DNA of 24,000 nucleotides from Thermoleophilia bacterium UBA6103 (GTDB lineage: Bacteria > Actinomycetota > Thermoleophilia > UBA2241): assembly GCA_002423545.1 (NCBI GenBank), contig DIWP01000002.1, positions 5,329 to 29,328 of the forward strand, read 5' to 3'. The position numbers were made by a program, and so were the translations under genes. How positions within the stretch are numbered: position 1 is the first letter of the stretch; every line of letters begins with the position of its first letter. Below are positions 15,088 through 24,000 of this stretch, piece by piece. The notes beneath the pieces are model-generated. The model searched no databases. It was given only the letters and a program-made list of their open reading frames with translations, and was not told the origin of the DNA.

Positions 15088-15552
15088 TTACGGAAGCTGC
15101 CGCAGCAGATCGGCCATCTCCAGCGCCGACAGGGCGGCCGCCCATCCTTTGTTGCCGGCCTTCGTCCCGGCGCGCTCGACCGCCTGCTCGATCGTGTCGG
15201 TGGTCAGGACGCCGAACACCACCGGCACGCCGGTGTCGAGGCCGACCTTGGCGATGCCCTTGGCCGCCTCAGAAGCCACGTACTCGAAGTGCGGCGTGCC
15301 GCCGCGGATCACCGCGCCCAGACAGACGACCGCATCGTAGCGGCCCGAGCCGGCCAGCTTGGCGGCCACCAGCGGTAGCTCGAAGGCGCCGGGTACCCAG
15401 GCGACATCGATGTCGTCGTCGCTCACCTCATGGCGCCGCAGGCAGTCCAGCGCGCCCTCATGCAGACGGATCGAGATCAGCTCGTTGAATCGGCCCACGA
15501 CCAGAGCGAACTTGAGACCCCGACCGGTCAGCCTGCCTTCGAACACTGTCAT
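15088..15552 (-). CDS. ribH: 6,7-dimethyl-8-ribityllumazine synthase
   Basis: [96 protein letters not shown]. Confidence 0.96.
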   Translation of the reverse strand: MTVFEGRLTGRGLKFALVVGRFNELISIRLHEGALDCLRRHEVSDDDIDVAWVPGAFELPLVAAKLAGSGRYDAVVCLGAVIRGGTPHFEYVASEAAKGIAKVGLDTGVPVVFGVLTTDTIEQAVERAGTKAGNKGWAAALSALEMADLLRQLP

Positions 15553-15571
15553 GCCACGCTCCTTCTCGACC

Positions 15572-16876
15572 TCATCCCTCAGGACCCTCGCTCGGCACGA
15601 GTGCCTCGTGCTCCAGTATGTGACCCATCTTGTCGCGCTTGGTGCGCAGGTAGCGGATGCTCTCGCAGTGCGGCGTCACTTCCAGCGGCACCCGTTCGAC
15701 CACCCGCAGCCCGTAGCCCTCGAGACCGATGATCTTCTTGGGGTTGTTCGTCAGCGTGCGGATGGTGCTCAGGCCCAGGTCGGCGAGGATCTGCGCACCG
15801 ATGCCGTAGTCGCGCAGGTCGTCGGGGAAGCCGAGCTCGAGGTTGGCCTCCACGGTATCGCGCCCCCGCTCCTGCAGCGCGTACGCCTTGAGCTTGTTGA
15901 GCAGCCCGATGCCGCGCCCTTCCTGGCGCATGTACAGCACCACCCCCAGGCCTTCTGCCTCGATCCGGCGCAGCGCCTCGGCCAGCTGGTCGCCGCAGTC
16001 GCAGCGCAGCGAGCCCAGCGCATCGCCGGTGAGGCACTCGGAGTGCACGCGCACCAGGACGTCCTGCTGCCCGGCCACGTCGCCCTTGACGAGGGCCACG
16101 TGATGGGCGCCGTCGGTGAGCGACTCGTAGCCGACGGCGCGGAAGGTGCCGTACCTGGTGGGCATGGCCGCCTCGGCCTCCCGTCGGACCAGTACTTCGG
16201 TCCGACGCCGGTACTTGATGATGTCGGCCACGGTCACCATGCGCAAGCCGTGGCGCCGGCAATACGGGATCAGGTCGGGCACGCGCGCCATGGTGCCGTC
16301 GTCGTTCATGACCTCGCAGATCACCGACGCAGGTATCAGTCCTGCGAGTCGACAGAGGTCGACGCCGGCCTCGGTCTGCCCGGTACGCTCCAGCACCCCG
16401 CCCGGTCGCGCCATGAGCGGAAAGACGTGGCCGGGCTGCACCAGGTCGCCAGGAGTGGAGCGCGGGTCTATGGCCACCTGGATCGTCCGCGCCCGGTCGG
16501 CGGCCGAGATGCCTGTGGTGACACCGTGGCGGGCCTCGATCGAGACGGTGAAGGCGGTCCCGAGGGGCGCCTGATTGTCTCGCGCCATCGGCTCCAGCTC
16601 GAGCTCGCGACAGCGCTCCGGCGTGAGGGTGAGGCAGATCAGCCCGCGGCCCTCGCGTGCCATGAAGTTGATCGTCTCCCGCGTGGCGAACTCGGCCGCC
16701 AGCGTCAGGTCGCCCTCGTTCTCGCGGTCCTCGTCATCGACGACCACCACCATGCGGCCGCGCCGCAGTTCGTCGAGAGCCTCGTCGACCGTCGCCCACA
16801 CGTCACCACCCGGGTCCTCGGGACGGCATCGGGCACTGCCCTCGGAGGTCGCCAGAGGAGTCTGTTCGTCGCTCAT
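15572..16876 (-). CDS. ribBA: Bifunctional 3,4-dihydroxy-2-butanone 4-phosphate synthase / GTP cyclohydrolase II
   Basis: [19 protein letters not shown] (RibB); [22 protein letters not shown] and [21 protein letters not shown] (RibA). Confidence 0.96.
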   Translation of the reverse strand: MSDEQTPLATSEGSARCRPEDPGGDVWATVDEALDELRRGRMVVVVDDEDRENEGDLTLAAEFATRETINFMAREGRGLICLTLTPERCRELELEPMARDNQAPLGTAFTVSIEARHGVTTGISAADRARTIQVAIDPRSTPGDLVQPGHVFPLMARPGGVLERTGQTEAGVDLCRLAGLIPASVICEVMNDDGTMARVPDLIPYCRRHGLRMVTVADIIKYRRRTEVLVRREAEAAMPTRYGTFRAVGYESLTDGAHHVALVKGDVAGQQDVLVRVHSECLTGDALGSLRCDCGDQLAEALRRIEAEGLGVVLYMRQEGRGIGLLNKLKAYALQERGRDTVEANLELGFPDDLRDYGIGAQILADLGLSTIRTLTNNPKKIIGLEGYGLRVVERVPLEVTPHCESIRYLRTKRDKMGHILEHEALVPSEGPEG

Positions 16877-16907
16877 CGTCTCGTCATCCTTCGCTTGCGA
16901 GCCTGCA

Positions 16908-17570
16908 TCAGTCGAAACCGGCCTGCGCCAGGCGTTCCCACGTCAGATCTTCCGCCGCGCTCCCCGCCGCCGCCGTCGCACGGCCGCCCTTCAGGAAGTG
17001 GGCCACATAGCGTGCCAGGACGTCGCCTTCCAGGTTCAGGACGTCGCCGCGCCGCGTCGATCCCAGGGTCGTCTGAGCGGCGGTGTGAGGGATCAGCGAC
17101 ACCCGCACGACACCGTCGTCGACGGCCACCACGGTGAGGCTGACGCCGGCCACGGCCAGCGATCCGCGCGGCATGCAGAGCGCCGCCACCTCGGGCGGCG
17201 CCGCGATGTCCAGCCAGACGGCGATCTGCTCGCGGCGCACATCGACCACGGTGCCCACCCCGTCCACGTGGCCGGTCACCAGGTGCCCACCGAGACGCGT
17301 CTGGGGCGTCGCGGCTCGCTCCAGGTTCACCGGCGCCCCGGGACGCAGCCGGCCGAGGGTGGTGCGGCGCACCGTCTCGGGCATCGCGTCGGCGCGGAAG
17401 GAGTCGTGGCCGATGGCGGTGACCGTGAGGCACACGCCGTTGGTGAGCATCGAGTCGCCCACGGCTGTGCCGGCGGTGACCAGGCCGGCGGCGACCTCGA
17501 GCTCGGCGCTCATGCCGCCGACGGTCAGCGACCGCAGCGTCCCGACCTCTTCCACGATGCCGGTGAACAT
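16908..17570 (-). CDS. ribE: Riboflavin synthase alpha chain
   Basis: [15 protein letters not shown], duplicated lumazine-binding domains, [24 protein letters not shown]. Confidence 0.94.
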   Translation of the reverse strand: MFTGIVEEVGTLRSLTVGGMSAELEVAAGLVTAGTAVGDSMLTNGVCLTVTAIGHDSFRADAMPETVRRTTLGRLRPGAPVNLERAATPQTRLGGHLVTGHVDGVGTVVDVRREQIAVWLDIAAPPEVAALCMPRGSLAVAGVSLTVVAVDDGVVRVSLIPHTAAQTTLGSTRRGDVLNLEGDVLARYVAHFLKGGRATAAAGSAAEDLTWERLAQAGFD

Positions 17571-18715
17571 CAGCCGGCCTCCTCAACGAGCGGTAGACGG
17601 CCCACAGGACCGCCGTCCGGGTCCCCCGGCTTCTCCGCCGGTGTCGGGCGGCGCTGCGGACGACCCTCGAGCAGCAGATCGCGACCGACCATCCGCCACG
17701 CCACATCGTCGAGGGTCATGCCGTCGGCGACACGCGTGGGTGCCGGCAGTGCAAGCAGGTCGGGAGCCCCGGCGCCCAACAGCCGCGGGGTCACGAAGAG
17801 GGCGAGACGGTCGACGAGAGCGGCGTCGAGCAGGCCGGCGAACAGGCCTGGTCCGCCCTCGCAGAGGACGTCGAACAGGCCACGCTCCACCAGCGTTGTC
17901 AGGGCGCCGGCAAGACCACCGTCGAAGCGCCGGACGGTCACGCCACGCGCCGCCAGAGCGGCCTCGCGCTCCGCATCCAGGCGTTCCGCCAGCACCAGGA
18001 CTGGAGCCGTCCGTGCCGTGCGGAAGAGCTGGGCATCGAGTGGCAGGTCGCCGTGCCGCGTCACGACTACGCGGACCGGGTCGCGGCCGCTCACCGCGCG
18101 CACCGTCAGCAGCGGATCGTCGTGACGCAGTGTACCGCCGCCGATGAGGACCGCGTCCACCTGGGAGCGCCAGAGATGCACCAGTGCGCGACTCTCCTCA
18201 CCCGACAGCCAGCGCGCGTCGCCGCCGCGCGCGGCGACCTTGCCGTCGAGGCTCACGGCGGCCTTGTAGGTCACCCACGGCAGCCCGCAGCCGATCGCCT
18301 TGAGATACGCCCGATTCAGCTCCCGGGCACGGCGCCGCGGCTCGCCGGTTGCCACGACGACCTCGAGGCCGGCGGCCGCAAGGCGTGCCAGACCGCGTCC
18401 GTCGACGACGGGATTAGGGTCTTCCATGGCGACCACGACTCGTGTCACGCCGGCGGCGATGATCGCGTCGGCGCACGGCGGGGTCCTTCCGTGATGGGCG
18501 CAGGGCTCCAGGGTGCAGTAGAGAGCGGCGCCGCGCGCGGCCGGCCCAGCCTGGCGCAAGGCCACCACCTCGGCGTGCGGCAGTCCCGGCCCCAGGTGGG
18601 CGCCCTGGCCCACGATCGCGCCGTCGTGGACAAGGACGGCTCCGACCAGCGGGTTGGGGTGCACGCGCCCACGGCCCTGCGTCGCGAGGTCCAAGGCCAG
18701 ATCGAGGAACCTCAC
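17570..18715 (-). CDS. ribD: Bifunctional diaminohydroxyphosphoribosylaminopyrimidine deaminase / 5-amino-6-(5-phosphoribosylamino)uracil reductase
   Basis: [38 protein letters not shown] (zinc deaminase), C-terminal reductase domain. Start uncertain: GTG 18715 or GTG 18778; the ORF track start at 18826 lies next to the riboswitch. Confidence 0.93.
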   Translation of the reverse strand: MRFLDLALDLATQGRGRVHPNPLVGAVLVHDGAIVGQGAHLGPGLPHAEVVALRQAGPAARGAALYCTLEPCAHHGRTPPCADAIIAAGVTRVVVAMEDPNPVVDGRGLARLAAAGLEVVVATGEPRRRARELNRAYLKAIGCGLPWVTYKAAVSLDGKVAARGGDARWLSGEESRALVHLWRSQVDAVLIGGGTLRHDDPLLTVRAVSGRDPVRVVVTRHGDLPLDAQLFRTARTAPVLVLAERLDAEREAALAARGVTVRRFDGGLAGALTTLVERGLFDVLCEGGPGLFAGLLDAALVDRLALFVTPRLLGAGAPDLLALPAPTRVADGMTLDDVAWRMVGRDLLLEGRPQRRPTPAEKPGDPDGGPVGRLPLVEEAG

Positions 18716-18834
18716 GTCGTCGCCCGAGACGTGCCGGGAGAGATCGCCGGATGGTGTGCTCTCGCGTCCTGTGGCCACCGTTGACCGCCTGATGCAGTGG
18801 GTCGGGGCGGCGACAGGCACGCGCAAAGCGCCCT

Positions 18835-18945
18835 GACTTCTCCCATCCGGACTGTTACCGTCGGCCCAGGTATCTCACCTGGTCGGCCTCCTGCGGAGGC
18901 TCGCGGGCTGTCACCGCCGGTGGGGACTTCCACCCCGCCCCGAAG
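18835..18945 (-). promoter_or_regulatory. FMN riboswitch (RFN element)
   Basis: Minus-strand CTTCGGGGCGGGGTGGAAGTCCCCACCGGCGGTGACAGCCCGCGAGCC...GGCCGACCAGGTGAGATACCTGGGCCGACGGTAACAGTCCGGATGGGAGAAGTC. Nearly all RFN signature blocks present, with P1 GGCUUC/GAAGUC. Confidence 0.97.
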
Positions 18946-18972
18946 CCACGTCCTGTGTGTACGTGCAGGCGT

Positions 18973-18978
18973 ATTGTA
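18973..18978 (-). promoter_or_regulatory. Possible -10 element for the rib operon leader
   Basis: TACAAT about 28 nt upstream of the RFN 5' end. No strong -35 (TGGCCG at 17-nt spacing). Confidence 0.4.
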
Positions 18979-19084
18979 TCCGACCGGCCGTCCGTCGGCC
19001 AGCCGGCCGATGGGCCGGTGTGCTCACGGGTCGCCGGCCGGCCGCTTGCCTCCTCGTCGCCGGGAACGGGTGCCGGTGGTGGGT

Positions 19085-19759
19085 TCAGCGACCGCGGGCG
19101 ACGGCGGTCAGCTCCTGGAAGCGCGCTGCAGCGTCTCCCTTGAAGACTGCCGACCCGGCCACGAGCACGGTAGCGCCGGCGTCGACCAGGTCGGCGGCGT
19201 TGCCGACCCCCACGCCGCCGTCGATCTCGATGGCCACATTCTCGGGCAGGAAGCTGCGTGCGCGTCGCACCTTGTCTGTCGCCGCCGGGATGAAGCTCTG
19301 CCCGCCGAAGCCGGGGTCGACCGACATGATCAGCACCAGGTCGCAGTCGTCCCACACATCAGCCAGCGTCTCGACCGGCGTCGCCGGATTGAGCGACACT
19401 CCGGCCCAGGCTCCGGCGGCTCTGATCTGAGCCAGCACGCGGTGCAGATGCACACACGCCTCCTGGTGCACGGTCAGGCCGTCGGCGCCGGCGGTCGCGA
19501 ACTCGTCCACGTAGAGATCCGGCCGTTCGATCATGAGGTGCACGTCGAGCAGGCCGCCCCTGTCGTGGACCAGCGGCGCCAGGGCCGCGACCACCGCCGG
19601 GCCGATGGTGATGTTGGGGACGAAGTGCCCATCCATGACGTCGACGTGGATGACATGTGCTCCGGCGTCCATGACCGTGGCGATCTCTTCCCCGAGACGC
19701 GCGAAGTCGGCGGAGAGGATGGACGGCGCGATGTGGATCTCGGCGGGTGGCTGCTTCAT
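19085..19759 (-). CDS. rpe: Ribulose-phosphate 3-epimerase
   Basis: IHIAPSILSADFARLGEEI, HVIHVDVMDGHFVPNITIGP, LIMSVDPGFGGQSFI, EIDGGVGVGNA. Start ATG 19759 preferred over the ORF track start at 19873. Confidence 0.95.
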   Translation of the reverse strand: MKQPPAEIHIAPSILSADFARLGEEIATVMDAGAHVIHVDVMDGHFVPNITIGPAVVAALAPLVHDRGGLLDVHLMIERPDLYVDEFATAGADGLTVHQEACVHLHRVLAQIRAAGAWAGVSLNPATPVETLADVWDDCDLVLIMSVDPGFGGQSFIPAATDKVRRARSFLPENVAIEIDGGVGVGNAADLVDAGATVLVAGSAVFKGDAAARFQELTAVARGR

Positions 19760-19893
19760 CGGTGGCTCCAGTCTCCGTTGCCGACGCTGTGTCACGACCG
19801 GTCGCCGGGAGCCCATGAGCCTCACCTCGCCGACCTCCCGGGCGCACATCATCTCATGACTTCGGGTCATCACTGTCGGCCGCCGCGCGCTCC

Positions 19894-21276
19894 TCAGCGG
19901 CGGCGCAGACGGGCCACGAAGAAGCCGCTGGTGCCGTCACGCGGCGGCAGGGTCAGCAGCGCCGCGCCCAGTCGTTCATCCCGCAGCGCCGGGAACATCG
20001 TCCCCAGGTCGTCGAGCTCCACATGGGTCCGCCGCATCACGGCAGACACCACGTCCACGGTCTCACGGCGCGTCATGGTGCAGACCGCGTACGTCACACC
20101 GCCACCGGGACGGGCCAGCAGGACCGCTCGCTCGAGCAGTGCCTCCTGAGTCCGGGCGAGCCGTTCGACGTCGCCGGGCCGGCGTCGCCAGCGCAGATCG
20201 GGGCGGGTCGCCATCGTGCCCAGCCCGCTGCACGGAGCGTCCACGAGCACCACATCGAACTCACCGTCCAGATCGTCCGGCAGCCGCATCGAATCATCGA
20301 CCAGTACCTCGGCTCCGGCGACCCGCATCCTGTCGAGCGTCGCTCGCAGCTGTGCGGCACGCTGCCGGTCGGAATCGACGGCCAGAAGACGGTGGGGTCT
20401 GAGCAGGGCCGCCAGATGCACCGTCTTGGCGCCCGGCGCCGCGCACAGGTCGGCCACGTCGCCGCCGCCGGCCATGCCGGCGGCCGCGACGACACCGACG
20501 AGTTGGGCGGCACGCGACTGCGGCGTCACTAGACCATCGCCAAAGGCGCGCGAGCGTTCCAGCGCCGGTCCCTGGTAGAGCAGCGCCTGCGGCCACGGAG
20601 GCCGGCCATCGGGCGACGATGAGGCTGGCGGCGACGGTGCCGCGGCGACCGCGATGCCGTCCTGCGCCAGAGCCGCCACGGCCTCGGGAACTGAGGCGAG
20701 CAGCGTGTTCACACGCAGACAGCGCTCCGGCACGTCATTGCCCTGGGCGAGCAGCGCCACGGTCGGCTCCTGCCCCCACTCCGCGATCAGGGCGTCGATG
20801 AGCCATGGTGGGTACGAGAAGCGCACCGACAGTCCCTCTGTCCCGGCCGCGCCGGCGGCGCGTGCGAAGATCGCGTTGCCCTCGTCGGCGGCCCGTCGCA
20901 GCACCGCGTTGACCAGACCGGCGCTGCCCGGTCCCGACCCTCGTGCCAGCTCGACGGACTCCGCCACCGCGGCATGGACCGGGATGCGGTCGAGAAAGAG
21001 CAGTTGATAGACGCCGAGCCGCAGCGCCGCGCGCACCTCCGCGGGCATCGATCGCAGCGGGTGACGTGAGAGGACCGCGATGACGGCGTCGAGGCTGCGG
21101 CGACGCTTCGTGACGCCGCTGGCGAGCTCCCAGAACAGCGCCGCGTCGCGGCCGTCGAGATCCGCCCGAGCCGCCTCCCCGCGCAGTGCCGTCTCAAAGC
21201 GTACGCCGTCCTGTTCGACGGCGACCAGGACCCGCTGCGCCGCGCGGCGAGCCGGGGTCACCGACCGGTGAGCCAT
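19894..21276 (-). CDS. rsmB: 16S rRNA (cytosine-967-C5)-methyltransferase
   Basis: NusB-like N-terminal domain, DLCAAPGAKTVHLAAL, VVLVDAPCSGLGTMATRPDLRW, YAVCTMTRRE. Confidence 0.94.
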   Translation of the reverse strand: MAHRSVTPARRAAQRVLVAVEQDGVRFETALRGEAARADLDGRDAALFWELASGVTKRRRSLDAVIAVLSRHPLRSMPAEVRAALRLGVYQLLFLDRIPVHAAVAESVELARGSGPGSAGLVNAVLRRAADEGNAIFARAAGAAGTEGLSVRFSYPPWLIDALIAEWGQEPTVALLAQGNDVPERCLRVNTLLASVPEAVAALAQDGIAVAAAPSPPASSSPDGRPPWPQALLYQGPALERSRAFGDGLVTPQSRAAQLVGVVAAAGMAGGGDVADLCAAPGAKTVHLAALLRPHRLLAVDSDRQRAAQLRATLDRMRVAGAEVLVDDSMRLPDDLDGEFDVVLVDAPCSGLGTMATRPDLRWRRRPGDVERLARTQEALLERAVLLARPGGGVTYAVCTMTRRETVDVVSAVMRRTHVELDDLGTMFPALRDERLGAALLTLPPRDGTSGFFVARLRRR

Positions 21277-22151
21277 CGTCCGGCACCGCGCAGGAACGTC
21301 GCCGTACTCTGCCGCCGGCCGCCGGGCGCCTGCAGCTCAAGGATCTCGACGCAGCCACGTCCGGCCGGGACCACCAGACGGTCGCCCTCTGCAGAGTCTG
21401 GCGGCTCTTCGAGCGTTGCTGCCCGCCACACCATGACGTCGCGGCCTTCGAGCTGCGTACGAGCGCCGACATCCGGCGACAACGCCCGCACCTGATCGAC
21501 GATCTGCTGCGCATCGCGACGCCAGTCGATGCGCCGGTCGTCTTTGGTGATCTTGCGTGCAAGGCTCGGCGTACCTGTCTGCTCGGTCCAGACCACGGTG
21601 CCGTCGTCGATCGCGGCCAGAGTCTGCAGCAGCGCGGCGGCCGCCGCTGGCGCCAGGATCTCGAAGGCGCGGCCGCTGTCTGCGTCGGCCGGCACCCGCA
21701 CCTCCAGCGACTCTCCTATGGGGCCGGCGTCCACCGCCTCGACCATCCTGAGGATCGCCACGCCGAGCGTCGTCTCGCCGGCCATCAGCGCCCGCTGCAC
21801 GGGGGCGGCGCCGCGCCAGCGCGGCAGCGCCGACGGATGGACCACCAGCGTCGGTATCGCCTGCAGGACCTCGGACCCGATGATCTCGCCGTAGGCGCAG
21901 ACGACGAACATGTCCGGCCGCGTCTCCAGAAGCTCTCGCAGGGCCGCGTCGTGCAATCGCTCCGGCTGCAGGATCGGCAGAGCCGCCGCGAGCGCGACCT
22001 CTTTGACCGGCGACGGCTGCGGCGTACCGTGACGCCCTCGCGGGCGATCTGGTCTGGTGACGACCAGCACCACGTCGTGCCCACCCTGGGACAGCAGCTC
22101 GCGCAGCGTCATGGCGCCGAACGAAGAGGTGCCCGCGTAGGCCAGCCTCAT
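21258..22151 (-). CDS. fmt: Methionyl-tRNA formyltransferase
   Basis: MRLAYAGTSSFGAMTLREL, PSPVKEVALA, VVHPSALPRWRGAAPVQRALMAGETTLGVAILRMVEAVDAGPI. Confidence 0.92.
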   Translation of the reverse strand: MRLAYAGTSSFGAMTLRELLSQGGHDVVLVVTRPDRPRGRHGTPQPSPVKEVALAAALPILQPERLHDAALRELLETRPDMFVVCAYGEIIGSEVLQAIPTLVVHPSALPRWRGAAPVQRALMAGETTLGVAILRMVEAVDAGPIGESLEVRVPADADSGRAFEILAPAAAAALLQTLAAIDDGTVVWTEQTGTPSLARKITKDDRRIDWRRDAQQIVDQVRALSPDVGARTQLEGRDVMVWRAATLEEPPDSAEGDRLVVPAGRGCVEILELQAPGGRRQSTATFLRGAGRWLTGR

Positions 22152-22170
22152 GCAGGCACCGCCCCCGGCG

Positions 22171-22731
22171 TCAGAGCGCCGGCACGCTGTCGCGAAGCTC
22201 GCGCATGGCGGCGGCGCGCTCGCGACGGCCGGTCCGGTCGAGGATCAGCACGCCCTCGAGATGATCGACCTCGTGCTGGATGACCCGTGCCTCGAGGCCC
22301 TCGGCGCGGAAGCGGACCGCCTCACCGTGCACGTCCTGTCCTGCGACCTCGATGCCGGCTGCGCGGACCACCGGGACCATGACACCCGGGACGCTGAGGC
22401 ATCCCTCGTCGAACTCGGCAGAGTCCTCTGAGGTCCACGTGATGTCGGGATTGACCAGGATGCGGGGCTCCTCGTCGTCGACCTCGAACACGATCAGTCG
22501 CTTCTGGACGCCCAGCTGCGGCGCCGCCAGGCCGATGCCCGGTGCGTCGTGCATGATCTGGATCATGCGGAAGGCGAGCTTGCGCAACGCGCCGTCGAAG
22601 CTCTCGACGATGTGCGCCCGGTCACGCAGCACGGGGTCTCCGACCACACGGATCTCGCGCTGTGCCGCCTGACTGCGAGCGGCCGCTTCTGCCTCGGACA
22701 GGCGACCGCGTGACGTCCCACTTCGACTCAT
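22171..22731 (-). CDS. def: Peptide deformylase
   Basis: GIGLAAPQLGV, DEGCLSVPGV, RVIQHEVDHLEGVLI: three canonical active-site motifs. Confidence 0.95.
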   Translation of the reverse strand: MSRSGTSRGRLSEAEAAARSQAAQREIRVVGDPVLRDRAHIVESFDGALRKLAFRMIQIMHDAPGIGLAAPQLGVQKRLIVFEVDDEEPRILVNPDITWTSEDSAEFDEGCLSVPGVMVPVVRAAGIEVAGQDVHGEAVRFRAEGLEARVIQHEVDHLEGVLILDRTGRRERAAAMRELRDSVPAL

Positions 22732-22777
22732 CTTCCACCGTCTCTCATCGTCGTCGCTTCATGCTACCGTGGTGGGC

Positions 22778-22801
22778 GCGGGCAGGCTACCTGGTGCCCG
22801 C
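22778..22801 (-). terminator. Hairpin immediately after the priA stop codon (terminator or processing element, uncertain)
   Basis: Minus-strand GCGGGC-ACC-AGG-TAG-CCT-GCCCGC starts at the base after the TGA at 22804-22802. No U-tract. Confidence 0.3.
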
Positions 22802-24000
22802 TCACAGCCTGACGGGTTCGACGTCCACCATGAGCCGCACGCCGCGTCCCGCCAGCTGCCGCTGCAGCCGCGCCACGACGTGGCGCACCACAGGAAGAGT
22901 CTTCCCCATCTCGGTGGTCTTGATCACGCAGCGGCAGAAGTAGCGGCCCCTCTCCCGACCGACGACACCCGGTCCCATGACGACCTCGCCGTGTCCGAGT
23001 GCCCCACGCATCGCGGCTGCCACAGCGACTCCGGCTGCGGGCACCGGTTCGGCGGCCGGTGACGACGTGTGCAGCGCGATGAGTGTACTGGCCGGCGGAT
23101 ACGACAGGGCGCGGCGACGCTCCAGCTCGTCGGCGTAGAAGCCCTCCACATCGGCGGCTGCCGCGGCGACGATGGGCCGCGCCTCGGGCGCATACGTCTG
23201 GACGATCACCCGGCCCGACCGCCGGCCGCGGCCGGCTCGGCCGCCGACCTGCAGCAGCATGGCGAAGGTGCGCTCCTCGGCGCGAAAGTCGGGGAAGTAC
23301 AGCGCCAGGTCGGCGTTGACCACGCCGACCAGCGTCACTTCAGGGAAGTGGTGCCCTTTGGCGACCATCTGGGTGCCGACCAGCACGCCCGGGCCCGGCT
23401 TGGCGAAGCGGTCGAGAAGCGCGTGCAGCCGCCGGTATGAGCCGGCGACGTCGGAGTCGAGGCGTAGCAGCGCCACACCGGGCAGCATGGCGGCCACCTC
23501 GGCTTCGAGGCGCTCCGTGCCCACTCCGTGACGCCCCACATCGAGGCCGCCGCAGACAGGGCACACGTGCGGCGCCGCCTGACGCCGACCGCAGATGCGG
23601 CAGCGCAGCTCGGTCGCCCGGCGGACGAGCGCGTAGGCGACATCGCACGACGGGCACATCCAGGTGTGGCCGCAGTGCGCGCACGACACATAGCTGGCGA
23701 TGCCGCGGCGGTTGAGGAACAAAATCGCCTTGCTGCCGCTTTCCACGCACGCCACCAGGGCGCTGCGCAGCTCCGCACAGAGCACATCGTGCGAGTCGCG
23801 CAGGTCGACGATCTCCAGGGCCGGCGGCCGCGATCCGTCGACGCGGCGGGTCAAACGCGCGTGCACAGCGACGTCCGCCCACGTCTCCACCCGTGGCGTG
23901 GCGGAACCGAAGACGAGCGCCGCACCGTCGGCCGCGGCCCGCCAGCGAGCGATCGTGCGCGCATCGTAGCGCGGGTCGCTCTCCTGCTTGTAGGAGTCGT
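22802..24000 (-). CDS. priA: Primosomal protein N' / replication restart helicase PriA, C-terminal part (5' end outside window)
   Basis: The reading frame stays open upstream of the ORF track start through ...YKQESDPRYDARTIARWRAAADGAALVFGSATPRVETW. Then zinc cysteines CAHCGHTWMCPSCD...CRICGRRQAAPHVCPVCGG and GTQMVAKGHHFPEVTLVGVVNADLAL. Confidence 0.96.
   Translation of the reverse strand, partial: DSYKQESDPRYDARTIARWRAAADGAALVFGSATPRVETWADVAVHARLTRRVDGSRPPALEIVDLRDSHDVLCAELRSALVACVESGSKAILFLNRRGIASYVSCAHCGHTWMCPSCDVAYALVRRATELRCRICGRRQAAPHVCPVCGGLDVGRHGVGTERLEAEVAAMLPGVALLRLDSDVAGSYRRLHALLDRFAKPGPGVLVGTQMVAKGHHFPEVTLVGVVNADLALYFPDFRAEERTFAMLLQVGGRAGRGRRSGRVIVQTYAPEARPIVAAAAADVEGFYADELERRRALSYPPASTLIALHTSSPAAEPVPAAGVAVAAAMRGALGHGEVVMGPGVVGRERGRYFCRCVIKTTEMGKTLPVVRHVVARLQRQLAGRGVRLMVDVEPVRL

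Noticed and set aside
15359-17137. 592-aa plus-strand ORF and 16575..18125
   Set aside because: Antisense to ribH, ribBA, ribE and ribD; no domain signal.
18712-18933. 73-aa plus-strand ORF at the riboswitch
   Set aside because: The translated region is the complement of the RFN aptamer; explained by conserved RNA structure.
18797-20149. 450-aa plus-strand ORF crossing the FMN riboswitch
   Set aside because: Runs across a definite minus-strand riboswitch, rpe and rsmB; not coding.
22732-22777. Possible def promoter (TAGCCT-N17-TAGCAT) on the minus strand
   Set aside because: Both hexamers are weak and the arrangement is compatible with priA-def read-through, so not listed as a feature.
1-24000. 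CRISPR arrays, transposases, integrases, restriction or toxin-antitoxin genes, tRNA/rRNA genes
   Set aside because: Looked for repeats, mobile-element motifs and tRNA-like signatures while reading; none supported. The window is conserved housekeeping sequence.

Overview
This 24 kb, high-GC window is almost entirely housekeeping sequence. All genes are on the minus strand except one small ribosomal protein gene. The composition and gene order suggest an Actinomycetota lineage, possibly Coriobacteriia- or Thermoleophilia-like; that is inference. In transcription order on the minus strand, from high to low coordinate, the content is: priA (5'-truncated) - def - fmt - rsmB - rpe - [FMN riboswitch] - ribD - ribE - ribBA - ribH. 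Next is rpmB on the plus strand. The minus strand then continues: DUF1858-like redox-disulfide protein - asp23-like - fakA/DAK2 - degV/fakB-like - recG - DHH/CBS/tRNA-nucleotidyltransferase fusion - M50 protease - pgeF/yfiH - yggS - sepF - proC - divIVA - DUF167 - lspA - rluD - pyrR (truncated by the window edge). I see no phage, transposon, CRISPR, toxin-antitoxin or defense locus. The most interesting content is regulatory. (1) The pyrR leader has a good promoter, a PyrR-binding-loop-like hairpin and an unannotated 17-aa leader ORF. That ORF's Shine-Dalgarno sits in the hairpin, and its stop codon overlaps the pyrR start (ATGA). (2) A clear FMN riboswitch precedes the rib operon. (3) A divergent promoter pair with overlapping -10 hexamers lies between the DUF1858-like gene and rpmB. 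(4) A likely leaderless promoter sits exactly one register upstream of the DHH-CBS-CCA fusion gene. (5) Fmt shows a Val where the conserved catalytic-motif Asn (N-x-H) is expected. No new multi-gene biological system is evident.
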